Source: Octopus vulgaris
Taxonomy: Eukaryota
Assembly: GCA_951406725.2 (NCBI GenBank)
Contig: OX597838.1
Span: 41,602,001 to 41,666,000, forward strand
Direction of reading: 5' to 3'
DNA: 64,000 nucleotides
How positions within the stretch are numbered: the first letter of the stretch is position 1; each line of letters opens with the position of its first letter. This document shows positions 39,136-52,756 of the stretch, piece by piece. Under the pieces are notes generated by a model that was not told the DNA's origin, did no database searches, and saw nothing but the letters and a program-made list of their open reading frames with translations. Position numbers and translations under genes: made by a program.

Positions 39136-40180
39136 CACACACACACTGTACATATATGCACTGCGCATATACAAAGGTGAGCAGGCTAAAGAATTCTATA
39201 TAACAAATTGTGAACAATAGCGTCGTTGGTTAAAAGTTTCTAATTGATAATCATGTCACTGGTTCACTGAATTTGCAACCCAGCATGTGACAAGACGGCA
39301 TCTGTAACTGAATAGCAACAAATGTATGAAGGGCTTCCATTTGTAAAGAGAGGCTTTTCAGGTTTCTTGCCGATGTTATATAGAATACACCTGAACAGAC
39401 TAAAGATGAAAGGTATCGTGCCTTCATAAATTAAAACAGTATGGTAATGTTTCACTTCCTGAAAATGGGCGATTTTGTTATTTCAATTGTTTAAAGATTA
39501 AAAAGGTAATTTCGAATGCAGAGTAAACTATATTCATACATTTATCTTAATTTTACCTGGTCTTCATTTGAATTGAAAAAACTCTTTGAGAAAGTGATAG
39601 TTTGCTTGATTCTTCTGTAATAGATCCTAAAACTAAATCGATTCTAAATTAATCAATCGTTCACTACCATGTTTGATTTCCCCAGTGAAACTACAAAATA
39701 ACCGTTACTAAGTCGCTCCATAATATTGGTTTCAAATTTTGGCACAAGGCCAGCTATTTTGGGAGAGGAGGTAAGTTGAATAATCGACCCCAGTGCACAA
39801 CGGGTACTTACCTCATCGACCCCGAAAGGATTAAAAGCAAAGACGACTACAGCAGAATTTGGAATAAAGTGCCGTTAATCATTTTGCCCGGCATGCTAAC
39901 GGTTCTGCCACCTCGCCGAACCTCTGTCGCTCCATTATGGCGATTTTTACACGGCTTACCAGTTTCTTTCGATGCATTAGGAAATAAGCGAGGTTAATCC
40001 GCGATCGCTAAGCAACTTAATCTATAGTTTTAGGCTCTACTGCAGAAGATCTATGCAAAATTATAAAGTAAACATGAATAATGTAAACATTTGTATAATA
40101 AATAATTAACACTTAATTATTCCCTACAATTTGAAGAAGCGAAAGTTTTACGAATCCCCACTTTCACTTTCTCACGATGG

Positions 40181-40218
<38 letters not shown>

Positions 40219-42009
40219 ATGGCCAGTATGAATGGACCAATTCTGAGGATACACCTGTGAAAATTAAAAGGAAATATAAAAGGAGAAAGGGGCTTTCTAC
40301 CCCCACTTTTTTTGACTAGGCTCTCGTGGTTTCTATGGGTTTTTCCACGAGTAACCTTTCGAAGCGCCTCCCCCTATTGGGAGTTTTAGTTGTTTCTTAC
40401 ATTTCGTTGTCGTCCTGCTTTTGTACACGGACCTTTTTCAAACGGACAAAACCCTTTTTGTAACTTTCGTCCTGTGTTTTGTCCCTTTATGTTTTAATTG
40501 TTTTTTGTTAGCCCTTGTGGCCAATAAACGAACGAATTATTATTATTATTATTATTGAGATGAGAACTAAAGTATATTAATATATGTTTATAAATAGATT
40601 TTCTCGGAGTATACAGAATAAGATTCGTAAAATAAGATAAACTGACGTTTCGAACAAGGCCGGAAGCCTTCGGGAAACATCAGAACCGTCATCTTCTTTG
40701 CGGAATGGACTTATTCCTGTTTTTGTTGACGAATCATTAATTTCTAAGAGTTTTCTTTTCTTCTTCTTCCTTTGTATGCCCACAAAAGAAATGATGGAGT
40801 GAATGAAAGGAAGCGAAATAATATAAGGAAGCTTTATAAAATAGATGGATCTCAAGAATGTCAGTGCTATGGCACCACGGGGACAGAGAGCAACAATAAG
40901 GAACGGGTAAGCATGAGATGAAAGGATCAACTTTAAAAGTCGAATCAAGCGGGGAATCTCTTGTCATGCGAAATGTTAGAATTAACCGTCTTCAAAAAGA
41001 AAGGATACGACAACAAAGTCCTGGTTAAAGAAACATAAAATGGGATGGTCATGAATGGCACGCCTTTGATCAAATGTCTACTCAATCAATGTTAACAGGA
41101 GGGTTAAACGATATTAACTGCCAACGAACAAAAACCGATAAAATACAGGAAGCGATTAGTTTTGATATTAAAACAACAAAGAATAAATAAATACCATTTT
41201 AAGCAAAATTCTGGCTGCTTTCTTTTCTTCTTCGGAAAAACCTTCCTTTGGAAAAGTCGGTGAGGATCTTTTAAAAACCGCAAATCTCTTAAACTGTTCT
41301 TATAGAATCGAAAAAATCCGTTGCTTAAAATTGGTTGACACACGGTTACAATGTCTTCTTCCTGCTGAGACGAGCGGAGAAATTGCTTTTCTTTCAGGCC
41401 TAAAATAAAAGAAAAATGCTGGAAGGAATAACTTTTTGGGAAAACAGCAAAAACAAATACGAGGGGGGGAAAAAATAAAAGAAAAACAGAGAAAAATATT
41501 AGCAAAAGTAATTTACGTTAATTTTAAATGGATTATTTATTTACCTTTAATGAGTTTCTTCTTCTTCTTCTTCTCATCGTGTCCTACTTTCTAACTAAAG
41601 TATATTCGTAGTTTTATATCAACAAGTGTGGCAGATTGAATTTATTATGGCCAACAGGTAGAGGGGGAGGGGTAAATAGAGGGAGAGGAAGAAAGAGAGA
41701 GAGAGACAGACAGACAGACAGAGATGAGCAAGAATGGATTCGAGTGGGAGAAAAATAGGGGGAAAAAAGGAAAACAAAGAAACAAATAAAAATAGAGCAA
41801 AAGTTAGAGTAAGAAGGAAGATAGAGAAGAGGAAGAGAGGATTAAATCATTCATACTTACGCACACGTACACACATATATACACACAGACATACACAAGA
41901 CACACGCACGACGCGCACACACACTTTTACTTTGATTGGTTTCAGTCAGGGTTCGCGGCCATGCTGGGGCACCGCCATCATTCTGATTATTAACATATTT
42001 CAGCTCACT

Positions 42010-42320
42010 CTCATGGTCTTCTCTGTTGAATGAGGAAGTTGGAAAAAGACACCATTCTTTGTGTGTCTTGCTACGGCGTTGGTTCATCTGGTATTTGAAA
42101 TAAGAATTTGTCTAAATTGTTCTTTGAATACATCCCTATCTATACTTTGTAGATCTTTTGGGAGATGGTGTCGGCAGTGTTTCAGTATTGGTTCCTTACT
42201 TTTGGTGGAACAGCTGAGATCTTTGGTACCATGCAGTGGCGTCTAGTTTAGGGGTTGCTATAGCTTTCAGTCCTAGAGTTAGATGCTAGATCCTCTGGTA
42301 TATTCCGTGTGTGTGAGCTG
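42010..42320 (-). mobile_element. Degenerate CR1-like LINE 3' fragment (different subfamily)
   Basis: LPKDLQSIDRDVFK / LDKFLFQIPDEP / SNFLIQQ across frames. Confidence 0.55.
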
Positions 42321-42599
42321 TAAGAAACTATCTTCACCTGCTTAGTCCCTTATTTCAACAATACACTTTATTCTATTCTAAAAACTCTATTGTAACAGCT
42401 CTACAACAATGTTTAGTTACACAAATTCCATTCTCTAAAAATCGATACCAATTTATTTGCCTCTACATTCTTCCTTTCTACACTACTTTTATATCGCAGA
42501 ATTTCTCTAAATATCTAGATCGAGTGTTAAAATCTTCTGCTTGAACTTGGTTACGTCAGCAGACTGATGCTTAGGTCCCACATCAAAGGAATGAGGTAA

Positions 42600-42964
42600 A
42601 CTTCACCCAACGGTTTTCCACTTGTAATGGTTGTACTAAGTAAAATGTCAAAGAAAGAAACCTTACTGAGGCTTGGCTGGGCGACTTTGAGCCTTCAGAT
42701 CTCCACTTGTTTCGGTCTCTTCAAAATTCATTGAATGGACAAACAGTCAAGTATGAAGATAATGCAGAAATTCACCAGGAAGAGCCTTTCGCCAGTAAAA
42801 GCAGGAAATTTTTTCAGCTGAGAATAATGGCTTTGCCCACAAGAAGGCAGAAGGTACTGGAAAGAAACGGTATTAGATCATTGATTGAGTAAATCATTTT
42901 GAGTTTAAAACTCGTTTCTTATTTTCGTTTAAAACACCGAACGGACTTTTTGGTTAACCCAAAA
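42600..42964 (+). mobile_element. mariner transposase C-terminal relic with right TIR
   Basis: PSDLHLFRSLQNSLNG...FASK...IMALPTRRQKVLERNG; ends actttttggttaacccaaaat. Confidence 0.75.
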
Positions 42965-43353
42965 TGTATTATTCAGGTTTATTTCAAGATTCCTTGCCAA
43001 TAGAGAAAGAACCGGTTTCTAGCTTATATCCAAGGCTCCTCTATTGGAGTTTCAACAACGACAACAGAGTATTTTTGTATGCATGTATACGTGGAGATTT
43101 TTTATGATTTGCTTCATGTATGGCCTCTCATGCATATAGTTGCATATCTAGACATTCTCATATCTAGACATGAATAATAAACTTCTGGAAAGCTTTACAA
43201 ATTTTTTACAGTTCCAGTGATCGTTTGCACCTTTTCAGTTTTGAAAAGCCTACTTTCTCGGGATTGGTATTTATATATGTATGTATGTATGTGTGTATGT
43301 ATGTATGTGTGTGTGTGTGTGTGTGTATGTATGTGTGTGTGTGTGTGTATGTA

Positions 43354-43386
<33 letters not shown>

Positions 43387-43424
43387 ATGTATGTCTTTTT
43401 ATCAGTTTGTGTGTGTGTGTGTGT

Positions 43425-43520
<96 letters not shown>

Positions 43521-43938
43521 AGAGAGAGAGAGAGAGAGAGATGCTAGACCTTTAATTCTCTCACCTTCTCCCATGCTGCGCGCATTAAGGCCTCCCTTTC
43601 AAGTTTTATTACACTTTATTGTAACCACAACCATCTTTTATCTGGATCCGTGTGCCTTGGAATCTCCCTCAAGAACTGACCGATCAAATTCCGTCGAAGT
43701 CGATTTCGCGTTTCCTCCTTTCGACATCAATAAATGAACCAGTCAAGGACCGGGATCGATTGTCCCTTCACCTTGCAGGCCTTGGGCAAAAATTTGTGGG
43801 AATTTATTAAAGGCAAACCCAAATGAGTGAACAAAACAGAATGTGGACGTGGCGGAGGGGTGGGGGCTAAATTTACTTTCAAAATGTTGCTCGGGATAAA
43901 ATGGAATGAGAAACATTGGATTCCCGAGGGTAGAGGTT

Positions 43939-45007
43939 GCTCTGTCAGTCCGCTCCAGCTCTGTCAGTCCGCTCCAGCTCTGTCAGTCCGCTCCAGCTCT
44001 GTCAGTCCGCACCAGTTCTGTCAGTCTGCATCAGCTCTGTCAGTCCGCATCAGCTCTGTCAGTCCGCACCAGCTCTGTCAGTCCGCACCAGCTCTGTCAG
44101 TCCGCATCAGCTATGTCAGTCCGCATCAGCTCTGTCAGTCCGCACCAGCTCTGTCAGTCCGCATCAGCTCTGTCAGTCCGCACCAGCTCTGTCAGTCCGC
44201 ATCAGCTCTGTCAGTCCGCACCAGTTCTGTCAGTCCGCATCAGCTCTGTTAGTCTGCACCAGCTCTGTCAGTCCGCATCAGCTCTGTCAGTCCGCACCAG
44301 CTCTGTTAGTCTGCACCAGCTCTGTCAGTCCGCACCAGCTATGTCAGTCCGCATCAGCTATGTCAGTCCGCACCAGCTCTTTCAGTCCGCATCAGCTCTG
44401 TCAGTCCGCACCAGTTCTGTCAGCCCGCACCAGCTCTGTCAGTCCGCACCAGCTCTGTCAGTCCGCACCAGCTCTGTCAGCCCGCACCAGCTCTGTCAGT
44501 CCGCACCAGTTCTGTCAGTCCGCACCAGCTCTGTCAGCCCGCACCAGCTCTGTCAGTCCGCACCAGTTCTGTCAGTCCGCACCAGCTCTGTCAGTCCGCA
44601 CCAGCTCTGTCAGTCCGCACCAGCTCTGTCAGTCCGCACCAGCTCTGTCAGTCCGCACCAGCTCTGTCAGCCCGCACCAGTTCTGTCAGCCCGCATCAGT
44701 TCTGCCAGTCCGCACCAGCTCTGTCAGTCCGCATCAGCTCTGTCAGTCCGCACCAGTTCTGTCAGTCCGCACCAGCTCTGTCAGTCCGCACCAGCTCTGT
44801 CAGTCCGCACCAGCTCTGTCACTCCGCATCAGCTCTGTCAGTCCGCACCAGTTCTGTCAGTCCACATCAGCTCTGTCAGTCCGCACCAGCTCTGTCAGTC
44901 CGCACCAGCTCTGTCAGTCCGCACCAGCTCTGTCAGTCCGCACCAGCTCTGTCAGTCCGCATCAGCTCTGTCAGTCCGCATCAGTTCTGTCAGTCCGCAT
45001 CAGCTCT
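43939..45007. repeat. GC-rich 19-bp minisatellite (ctctgtcagtccgcaccag), about 56 copies
   Basis: Direct tandem array with few variant positions (cac/cat, gct/gtt, gtc/gcc). Confidence 0.97.
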
Positions 45008-45683
45008 GGTTTCACAGAAAAACCTTTGGCTTCACATTTTCCCATTCTCCTTCTCTTTTCAATGGGTGTTGTCTTCTTTTTCCTATCTCGTTCTTTTCCC
45101 CCTATTTTTCTTTTCTCTCTCTCTCACTAAAAGTCTCCGTTTCACTTCCCACATCAACTTCCCGCTCAGTAGTTTAGATACGGACGGACTTGCGCAGGGC
45201 GACCATTTTCTATGAGGGTTGAAGGAAGCAGGCGGCGGCCAATTTAGCTTCACCACACAAAGAAGGCCAAAAACCCCAACAACAGTTCCGCCTCCTCCGC
45301 TTCTTTTGTCGGATGAGAACCTCTTGTATAAACACATCGCGTCTTACATCACAGCAAGCCTCTACGCGATTGCTTGATCTACTAGAAATAACAAAGAGAT
45401 TCCCCCTAAATCATAGCCCACTCTCTCTCTCTCTCTCTCTTGTCTCTCTCTCTCTCTCTCTCTTTTTAAGGACACATTGAATAATGTATTCGTAAAGAAA
45501 GAATCTGATGACCACAGACAACAACTAGTGACATTCTGAGGGGTTTTTTTTTGCCATATGTTGTTGTTGTTTCTTTCCCACTTTCACCCTTCTCCCCCTT
45601 CTTCCCACTCTTTCTGTATTTATAAGTTAGTCTTTCTTTCCTCTCGATTTCTCCTCCCCTGCCTCCTGTTTCCAATCATCCAG

Positions 45684-45727
<44 letters not shown>

Positions 45728-45913
45728 TCTATCTATCTGTTTGTCTGTCTGTCTGACTTCTGCAACTCATCTTTTATCATTCTCGCTCTTTCTCTTCCAC
45801 TCACCCCCACCCCCACCCCCATATAATCTGACGTCGGATTGTTTCTGTTGTTTTGAGCTTTGACCTTCATCCATTCTCAGCCGACAACATTCCCGACAAA
45901 TCCTGTCTCAAAA

Positions 45914-46034
<121 letters not shown>

Positions 46035-46964
46035 CAAATTAAGCGATGGTGAAGGAAACTAGTAAATGATTTGGTGTCACAACTGAATTCCTGAGTTGGC
46101 ACCACAACCACCATAAAAAAAAAATGGTTGGAATGAGGAAGTTCTTGCTTGTGGAATGTAAAACAACAACAACAACGATTCGAGACAATGAGGAAAACAC
46201 AGGGCGTCGCTCGATCTGCTAGAAATAACAGCTAAACCTCCCTCAAACTTCATCCAGCTGTCTTTAAAAAATAACATGATCCTAACAACAGAGTATCTGG
46301 AAAAAAATCGACGCGATGGCTATGGGCGGAATGTCTTGTAATCACAGATCTGATTGATCAGAACTGGCCTGGTGGGAAGATACTGACACAAATAATCTAC
46401 CCAATATTTTTTATCTCTCACTTGTTTCAGACATAAGACTGCGGCCATGCTGGGGCATCGCCTTGGAGATATTATAGTTGAGTGAATAGACACTAGTACC
46501 TGTTTACTTTTAAGCCCGGTACTTATTCTATCGGCCACTTTTGCCGAAACGCTAAGTTACTGGAACGTAAACATACCAACAGCGGGACGCGGACACGGAC
46601 ACACACGACAGGGTTTTTTTCAGTTTCCGTCTAGCAAATCCACCCACAAAGCTTTGGTCGGCCTGGGGCTATAGTAGAAGACACTTGCCCAAGGTGCCAC
46701 GCAGCAGGACTGAACCTGGAACCATGTGATTGAGAATTCGTTTGATTAGATCCATGAAGATATAGAAGTGGATGGCCATGTGCTTTTGTATTTACGATTC
46801 GCTAATTGGTAGAAACATCGTTATTTTCAGCCATAAACACAGACCTACTTTTGCGTTTTCCAAGGGTCAAACGAAATCGCGCCCACGAAAAGCGTGTACA
46901 CAGTTTCAAAGGGTTAAGGAACCCCAACATAAAAATGACTATATATCCTAATTAATCACTCCTA

Positions 46965-47185
46965 AGGCAGCGAGCTGGCAGAATCGCTAACGCGCCAGAC
47001 AAACTACTTAGCGGCATTTCGTCCGTCTTTACGTTCTGAGTTCAAATTTCGCCGTAGTCTGGCTTTGCCTTTTATTCCTTCGGAGTCGATAAAATAAGAA
47101 TCAGTTGAAAACTGGAGTCGATGTAATCGACTTACCCCCACCACCCCCAATTGCTGGCCTAGTGCCGAAATTTGAAATCATTATT
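46965..47185 (+). mobile_element. Near full-length tRNA-derived SINE (siblings near 4600-4790, 19990-20185, 39720-39920, 47860-48060)
   Basis: A box tggcagaatcg, B box gagttcaaatt; 3' ggcctagtgccgaaatttgaaa + (att)n. Confidence 0.75.
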
Positions 47186-47429
47186 AATCACCCCACCTCT
47201 TCTCTCTCTTTGAAAGATTTGTCCAGTGCTTAATCCATTAGAAACCACAAAAACAGTTTAAGAAATTTTGTCATAAGCCTGATCTTGATTTGACTGATGA
47301 TATTCTTTTAGAGCAAGTTTTGTTTCCACACAACAACATCAACTTCTCGAATTTTCTAATAACTAAGTAATTAACCTTTTGCCAATCCCCCCACACACAC
47401 ACACACACCCCAGCCACTGTCTCTCTGTC

Positions 47430-47680
47430 TCTTCCTTCTGTCTTTCCTATTGATATTACAATGGTCTCTACGACGCCATCTCTACTCCCGTTATTCCAAT
47501 CCCGTTAGTCTCTCCTCTTCTCTTTATCGATGTTGTGTTCAACTCCTCAAGTCTAACACCAATCCCTATGACCATCCCTTCCTAACAATTCCCCCTTCTG
47601 GAACTCCCGAACTCTCTTCCATTCATGTCTTTCCTGTAGGTGTTGACTTGCAACAGTTTAAACGGAATTCTAGCGACGCA
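47430..47680 (+). mobile_element. Degenerate LINE (Jockey/L2-like) 3' fragment
   Basis: YYNGL..., FWNS..., HVFPVGVDLQQFKRN, typical of LINE ORF2 C-termini. Confidence 0.4.
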
Positions 47681-48170
47681 AATCAAAACAGCCAGCAAAG
47701 GCCATGGGCACCGCCTCGTCTCCCGAATACATCAAGTTCTTCTGAATATCTGTTTTATTTCATTATGCATCAATGATCTCTTGTTTTCTTCAGAATTTCA
47801 TAATCAGACACAACGTCTATGGTTGTTCGAGTATAACAGCGACAAGTTAATTTATAAAATAATGCTTTCTAATTTTGACCCAAGGCCAGTAATTTTAGGG
47901 GGGAGGAGTAAGTCGCTTGCATCGACCCCCAACTACTTTATTTTATCGACTCCAAAAAGATGAAAGGCGAAGTCGACTTCACCGTGATTTGAACTCTGAA
48001 CGTAAAGAAGTCAGAAGAAGCACCACCAAGCATTTTGTCCGACCTGCCAATGACTCTGCCTGCTCAATAATAATGGATTTATTGTAAACAGTATTCAGGT
48101 ACAATATGAGATGTCGGAAAAGGTAGAAGAGGAGATAGAAAGCAGCAATAAATCAAATAAAGACAGCATT

Positions 48171-48598
48171 GGGATCTTTTCGGGTTGAACGGCAGTTTTT
48201 AACATGATTTCTAGGTAACTAAAAAAATTTTAACTTCGTATACTGGTAGAATGTGTTTATAAAACATCTTTTTCTCTTGGCTTTATTGAGAAAATTCTAT
48301 AATTTGTAAGATATTTGTTGTTATTTTTCTTCAATTTCTGCAATTTCAACCAATCAATGACGTCCATTGAGGTAAAAAAAAACATTCTGTGCCGTATGAA
48401 TATGTCCCTCGTTTAAGAAACAGATTGGGTTTATTTACATTTCTGAAGAAGAAAAAAAGATAGCCTTCCTCCACCCCTAACCAACCCTAACCCTAAAACA
48501 GATTGAAATGCAATAGATCGATACTAGGGTCATAATTATGGGTGACAATTTCATATGACACCGCTAGAAGAAACTGCCGTTCAAACCGAAAAGATCCC
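48171..48598. mobile_element. 428-bp MITE with ~28-bp TIRs and 6-bp TSD (AGCATT)
   Basis: agcatt|gggatcttttcgggttgaacggcagttt ... aaactgccgttcaaaccgaaaagatccc|agcatt. Confidence 0.9.
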
Positions 48599-49318
48599 AG
48601 CATTGTATGTTTACAGGACTCAAAATAAAACACAGACATAAAACTGAACATTGAAAGAACCACAAAAAAAAAAAAAAGGTGTTCACCGATAGGTCAGGAA
48701 CAATGGAACTTGTGAAGGACGTGGTGTGCTGACGGCTTACAACTGAAGCGATTTGATGCTTCCATTGCTTCAAATAAATATTTGTTGTTCATATTTGTTG
48801 ATCCCCTACATATATCCTAAAATTAATGGCCTTGGGCCAAAATTAGAAAGAATTATTTTATGAATTACCTTCCCGCTGCTATACTCGACCACTCACAGTC
48901 GATGTCTCTCTTGATCCTCAGATAATTTCTTTTTTCACTCGTAGGCGATACCCGACACGCCACCTCCATACATCTAATTAAACAAATACTAGTTCTGGGG
49001 AGACCCTCCCATAAGGTTTTCATAAGCGCGTCGCCCTTAACAGCACTAAGTACATACACTCGCGAAGGAAACATAATCCACAAGAAATCGTGTTCTTTAT
49101 TCATAAAAAGCTTCACGTTTAAAACGTTCATAAACTTATAAATGTAAAAAATAGCCAAATAATAAAGCCTAATCTTATGGAACCCGGACGAGAGAAGTGA
49201 AATTGAATCGCAGTCAAAGGGAGATAAACAAGTCCAACATGAGGAAGGGAAACAACTCAAAACAAATGATTCCTGGTATTGACGCAACAAATGGAATTTC
49301 GACAACTTAAAAAGAAAT

Positions 49319-49319
<1 letters not shown>

Positions 49320-49358
<39 letters not shown>

Positions 49359-49592
49359 GCAGCAGCAGCAGCAGTAGTAGCAGTAGTAGTAGTAATAATA
49401 ATAATAGCAGCAGCAGTAGTAGTAATAGTAATAGTAGTAGTAGTAGTAATAATAGCAGCAGCAGCAGCAGTAGTAGTAATAGTAGTAGTAGTAGTAGTAG
49501 CAGTAGTAGTAGTAGTAGTAGTAGTAATAATAATAATAGCAGCAGCAGTAGTAGTAATAGTAGTAGTAGTAGTAGCAGCAGTAATAGTTGTA
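49320..49592. repeat. Compound (TAG)n/(CAG)n/(TAA)n repeat
   Basis: Directly visible. Confidence 0.92.
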
Positions 49593-49824
49593 GTCAACTT
49601 CTTCCCCATTCAATTTCATTTTCTGGCCAGTTTAGATAGACTTGCTTCGCATTTTTTTTTTTATTTTCTCATTCAGAACTTTGTCCAGCTCCAAAATGTC
49701 CAATGTGCTGATGGTCATTAACTGACGCTCTACCAGAAGATTCAGTCCCACAATTACATACAAGCCTACCTCTTTTCATAGTCAGGGTGGCACACTTTAC
49801 AATACCCTACACTCGGATGGAACA

Positions 49825-50390
49825 AATAAGTGTAGACTGTGTGGGAAGGTCGTTGGCACACATCGTGACGTGCCTGTGGCGTGCTTACACAGGGAGAATG
49901 TAAAAGACACCTCGATAAAGTGTGCTTATGCATCCACTGGTCTTTTCACAAGAAATATAGGTTTCTCAGAGAAATAGTATCGGCACAAACCAGAAAACGT
50001 TATAGAAAATCAGACTGTGAAGCTCTTGTGGGACTTCACATCCCAGACAAAGAGTTCTTGAACATACGAGGCAAGGCATAACTTTGGTGAAGAAAAGTAC
50101 AGTATGGAGGTGTTTGTTGGTTGCTGTAGCTTGGCCGGAAGATCATTATATCAATGATAAAGGAAACCAGGAAAGTCGTAAAATATTCAGAGTTGAGAAT
50201 TGATGTGGAGAGAATGTGGAATATGAAAGTAAGAATGGTACCAATTGTGACTGAAACACTTGGGTTCGTGACGAAAAGCCTCCAGAAACACTTTTGGCAC
50301 GACTGGAATCTGTCACGGCATTACGACATTGCAAAAGACAACGATTTGAGGAATTGAAAATATTCTGTGGGGTGCACAGTCTTTCTGAGG
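49825..50390 (+). mobile_element. R4/Dong-like RLE retrotransposon 3' relic
   Basis: KCRLCG, KRHLDKVCLCIHW, LLWDF, KYSELRIDVERMWNMKVRMVPIV. Confidence 0.7.
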
Positions 50391-51401
50391 TTGCATGATT
50401 TGATAGGGAGCCAAATAATCCAATGTTAACAGAAGCATTACTATGCAGATGAAGAAATAATAAGGAACTCTGCCTCTCTCTCTCTCTGGCGATCTTCCAT
50501 CCCGATCTCAGTTGAACGACATGACCACAATAGCATCTAAAAGTGTCACCTTCATCTTCAAAATCAGAAAATATTCCAGCACAGAACTGTTGTTAAAAGC
50601 TCTTCAGGTATTAAGTCACATCGAAATGTTACACATCTGGTTCAGCTTCGTTACGACACAGAAATATTTAAGACAATATTCCTCCACACTATCCAGGTGA
50701 CTTGATTGGTTACTAATTGTACAATAATCATTAGTCTACGAGCCAACGGGTCGCTCACCTTGTTAGAAATAACAACCAAATCTCTCTCAAATAATCCAAC
50801 CCTGTAAAATGAAGGATGCGTTTATTATGTACTTCTGCATGCTCTAAAGAGATGAGATGGTCACGGAAGGGATGCCTTTCTTGATAGGTTCGCTCGATCA
50901 GGATTAAACAATAGTTCTCTACAATCCTAAGTCTCCAGACACGCTCTTTCCTCTGAATGTTCCTCGCAACTATCAGCCTGCTCTCAATTCCTATCCAAAA
51001 TTCTTCGATGCTTCTTGGCCTTCTTTAAGTAAGGGAGATAACTCACACACCACGGATTTAAGGAAACTAGATTCACATCAACCCCCTATGAAACCCCGTA
51101 CTAAATAGTTGGTTTCTTCTTGTTCAGAATTGTAACATCCTGGGACATTCGCCTACTGATGTCCAAGTCTAGAATTCACACTGACCTCACCAGCCTAGGG
51201 CAGCCAGTAGAGAATGTTAATGGACCACTCTCTCTTGGACTAACTGACAAACAACATATTGTGATACTCTTTAAACTCTTTTCACTGCGACTCCAATGTC
51301 AATTGATTAATTAGGATATATTGCATTTTTGTTTCTTGCTGAAGGCGTCCCTGGTCACCCGCTCCTTGCCCGCGCTTGTCTTCCTTTTAAGTTATCACCC
51401 A

Positions 51402-51708
51402 CTTCGATCATGAATGACCATGGGATTGCACCTAGAAAGTTACCCTCCGAGGCACAAGTCCGGGCAAGATTGTTTATGGAAGACCAGCAGTCGCCCACGC
51501 ATACCAGCCTCCCCTCTCCACGATGTTATCCAAAGGAAAGGCAAAGGGGCCGATACAGCTTGGCACCAGTGACGTCGCAGCTCATTTCTACAGTTGAGTG
51601 GACTGGAGCAACGTGAAATAAAGTGTCTTGTTCAAGAACGCAACACAGCTTGGTCCGGGAATCGAACTCACAACCTCACGATCGTAAGCTCGACGCTCTA
51701 ATCACTGA

Positions 51709-51712
<4 letters not shown>
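51402..51712 (-). mobile_element. tRNA-derived SINE, full length
   Basis: Minus-strand head tggctcagtgattagagc...gagttcgattccc (A and B boxes). Confidence 0.8.
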
Positions 51713-51766
<54 letters not shown>

Positions 51767-51789
51767 AACATATACATACATATATCATG

Positions 51790-52082
51790 ATCACGTGACC
51801 GACCAGACCATCAGATGTTGCTACACATCGCTGGTCACAATGCGTTTGCATTGTTTTAGCCTTCGAATGACGCCACCCCGCTGGCTAAGCGAGCAGGCCA
51901 ACAGAAGAAAGAGTGAGAGAAAGAGTGGTGAAAGAGTACAGCAGGGATCACCCCCCTCTCCCTGCCGGAGCCTCGTGGAACGTTTTCGCTCAATAAACAC
52001 TCACAACGCCCGGTCTAGGAATCGAAACCGCGATCCTACGACCGCGAGTCCGCTGCCCTAACCACTAGGCCATTGCGCCTCC
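51790..52082 (-). mobile_element. tRNA-derived SINE (partial sibling at 32718-32855)
   Basis: Head ggcgcaatggcctagtggttagggc...ggtttcgattcc. Confidence 0.8.
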
Positions 52083-52680
52083 ACACATACATATATACAT
52101 TTGTATAAATATCATCCTCATCGTCATCATCATTTAACATCTGTTTTCCATGCAGACATGGGTTGGACAGTTTGACAGGAGCTGTCCAGGTGAAGGGCTG
52201 TTCAGGCTCCATGTCTGCTTTGGCATAGTTTCTACGGCCGAATACCCTTCCTGACACCAACTACTTTACAGAGTGTACTGGGTGCTTTTTGCATGCCACC
52301 AGCACAGGTGCTTTTTATGTGACACCAGCACCTACGAACCCATGAGATTAGGGATACTCAACTAGAGAGGATTTGAGGGGATGAGCCTGTATGCAAGGTC
52401 AACATTGTTTTTACTTAGCTTGACATGTCTTTCCAAGCATGGCAAACCACCCGGAGTCTCAGTCCCCCATCATCCCCTCTGTAAGTCCCAACATCTGTAG
52501 ATCCTTTCTAACCACTTTGTCCTGTGTCTTCCTGGGTCTACCCTTTCCACATGTTCCCCCCACAATTAGAGATCGACACCTCTTGATGCAGCTGTCTTCA
52601 TTCATATGCATTACATGGTTAAACCAAAGCAGTATTCTCTCTTGCACACAATATCTGGCGTTGTGCGTATATACATATAC

Positions 52681-52736
<56 letters not shown>

Positions 52737-52756
52737 GTATGTATGCATGTACGTGT

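Noticed and set aside
40640-40692. Minus-strand ctgatg...gttcGAAAcGTC as a hammerhead
   Set aside because: The core lacks A9 and stems I and II do not close convincingly; at best a heavily decayed copy.
43939-45007. CRISPR-like array or repetitive protein gene
   Set aside because: Units are directly adjacent with no unique spacers and no cas genes. ORFs are open in multiple frames simply because the unit lacks a plus-strand stop.
48474-48497. Interstitial telomere or chromosome fusion site
   Set aside because: Only about 3 imperfect CCCTAA units, inside a MITE.
51990-52082. tRNA gene (also 51640-51712 and 46965-47050)
   Set aside because: A/B boxes continue into multi-copy SINE bodies and there is no complete cloverleaf; these are SINE heads.
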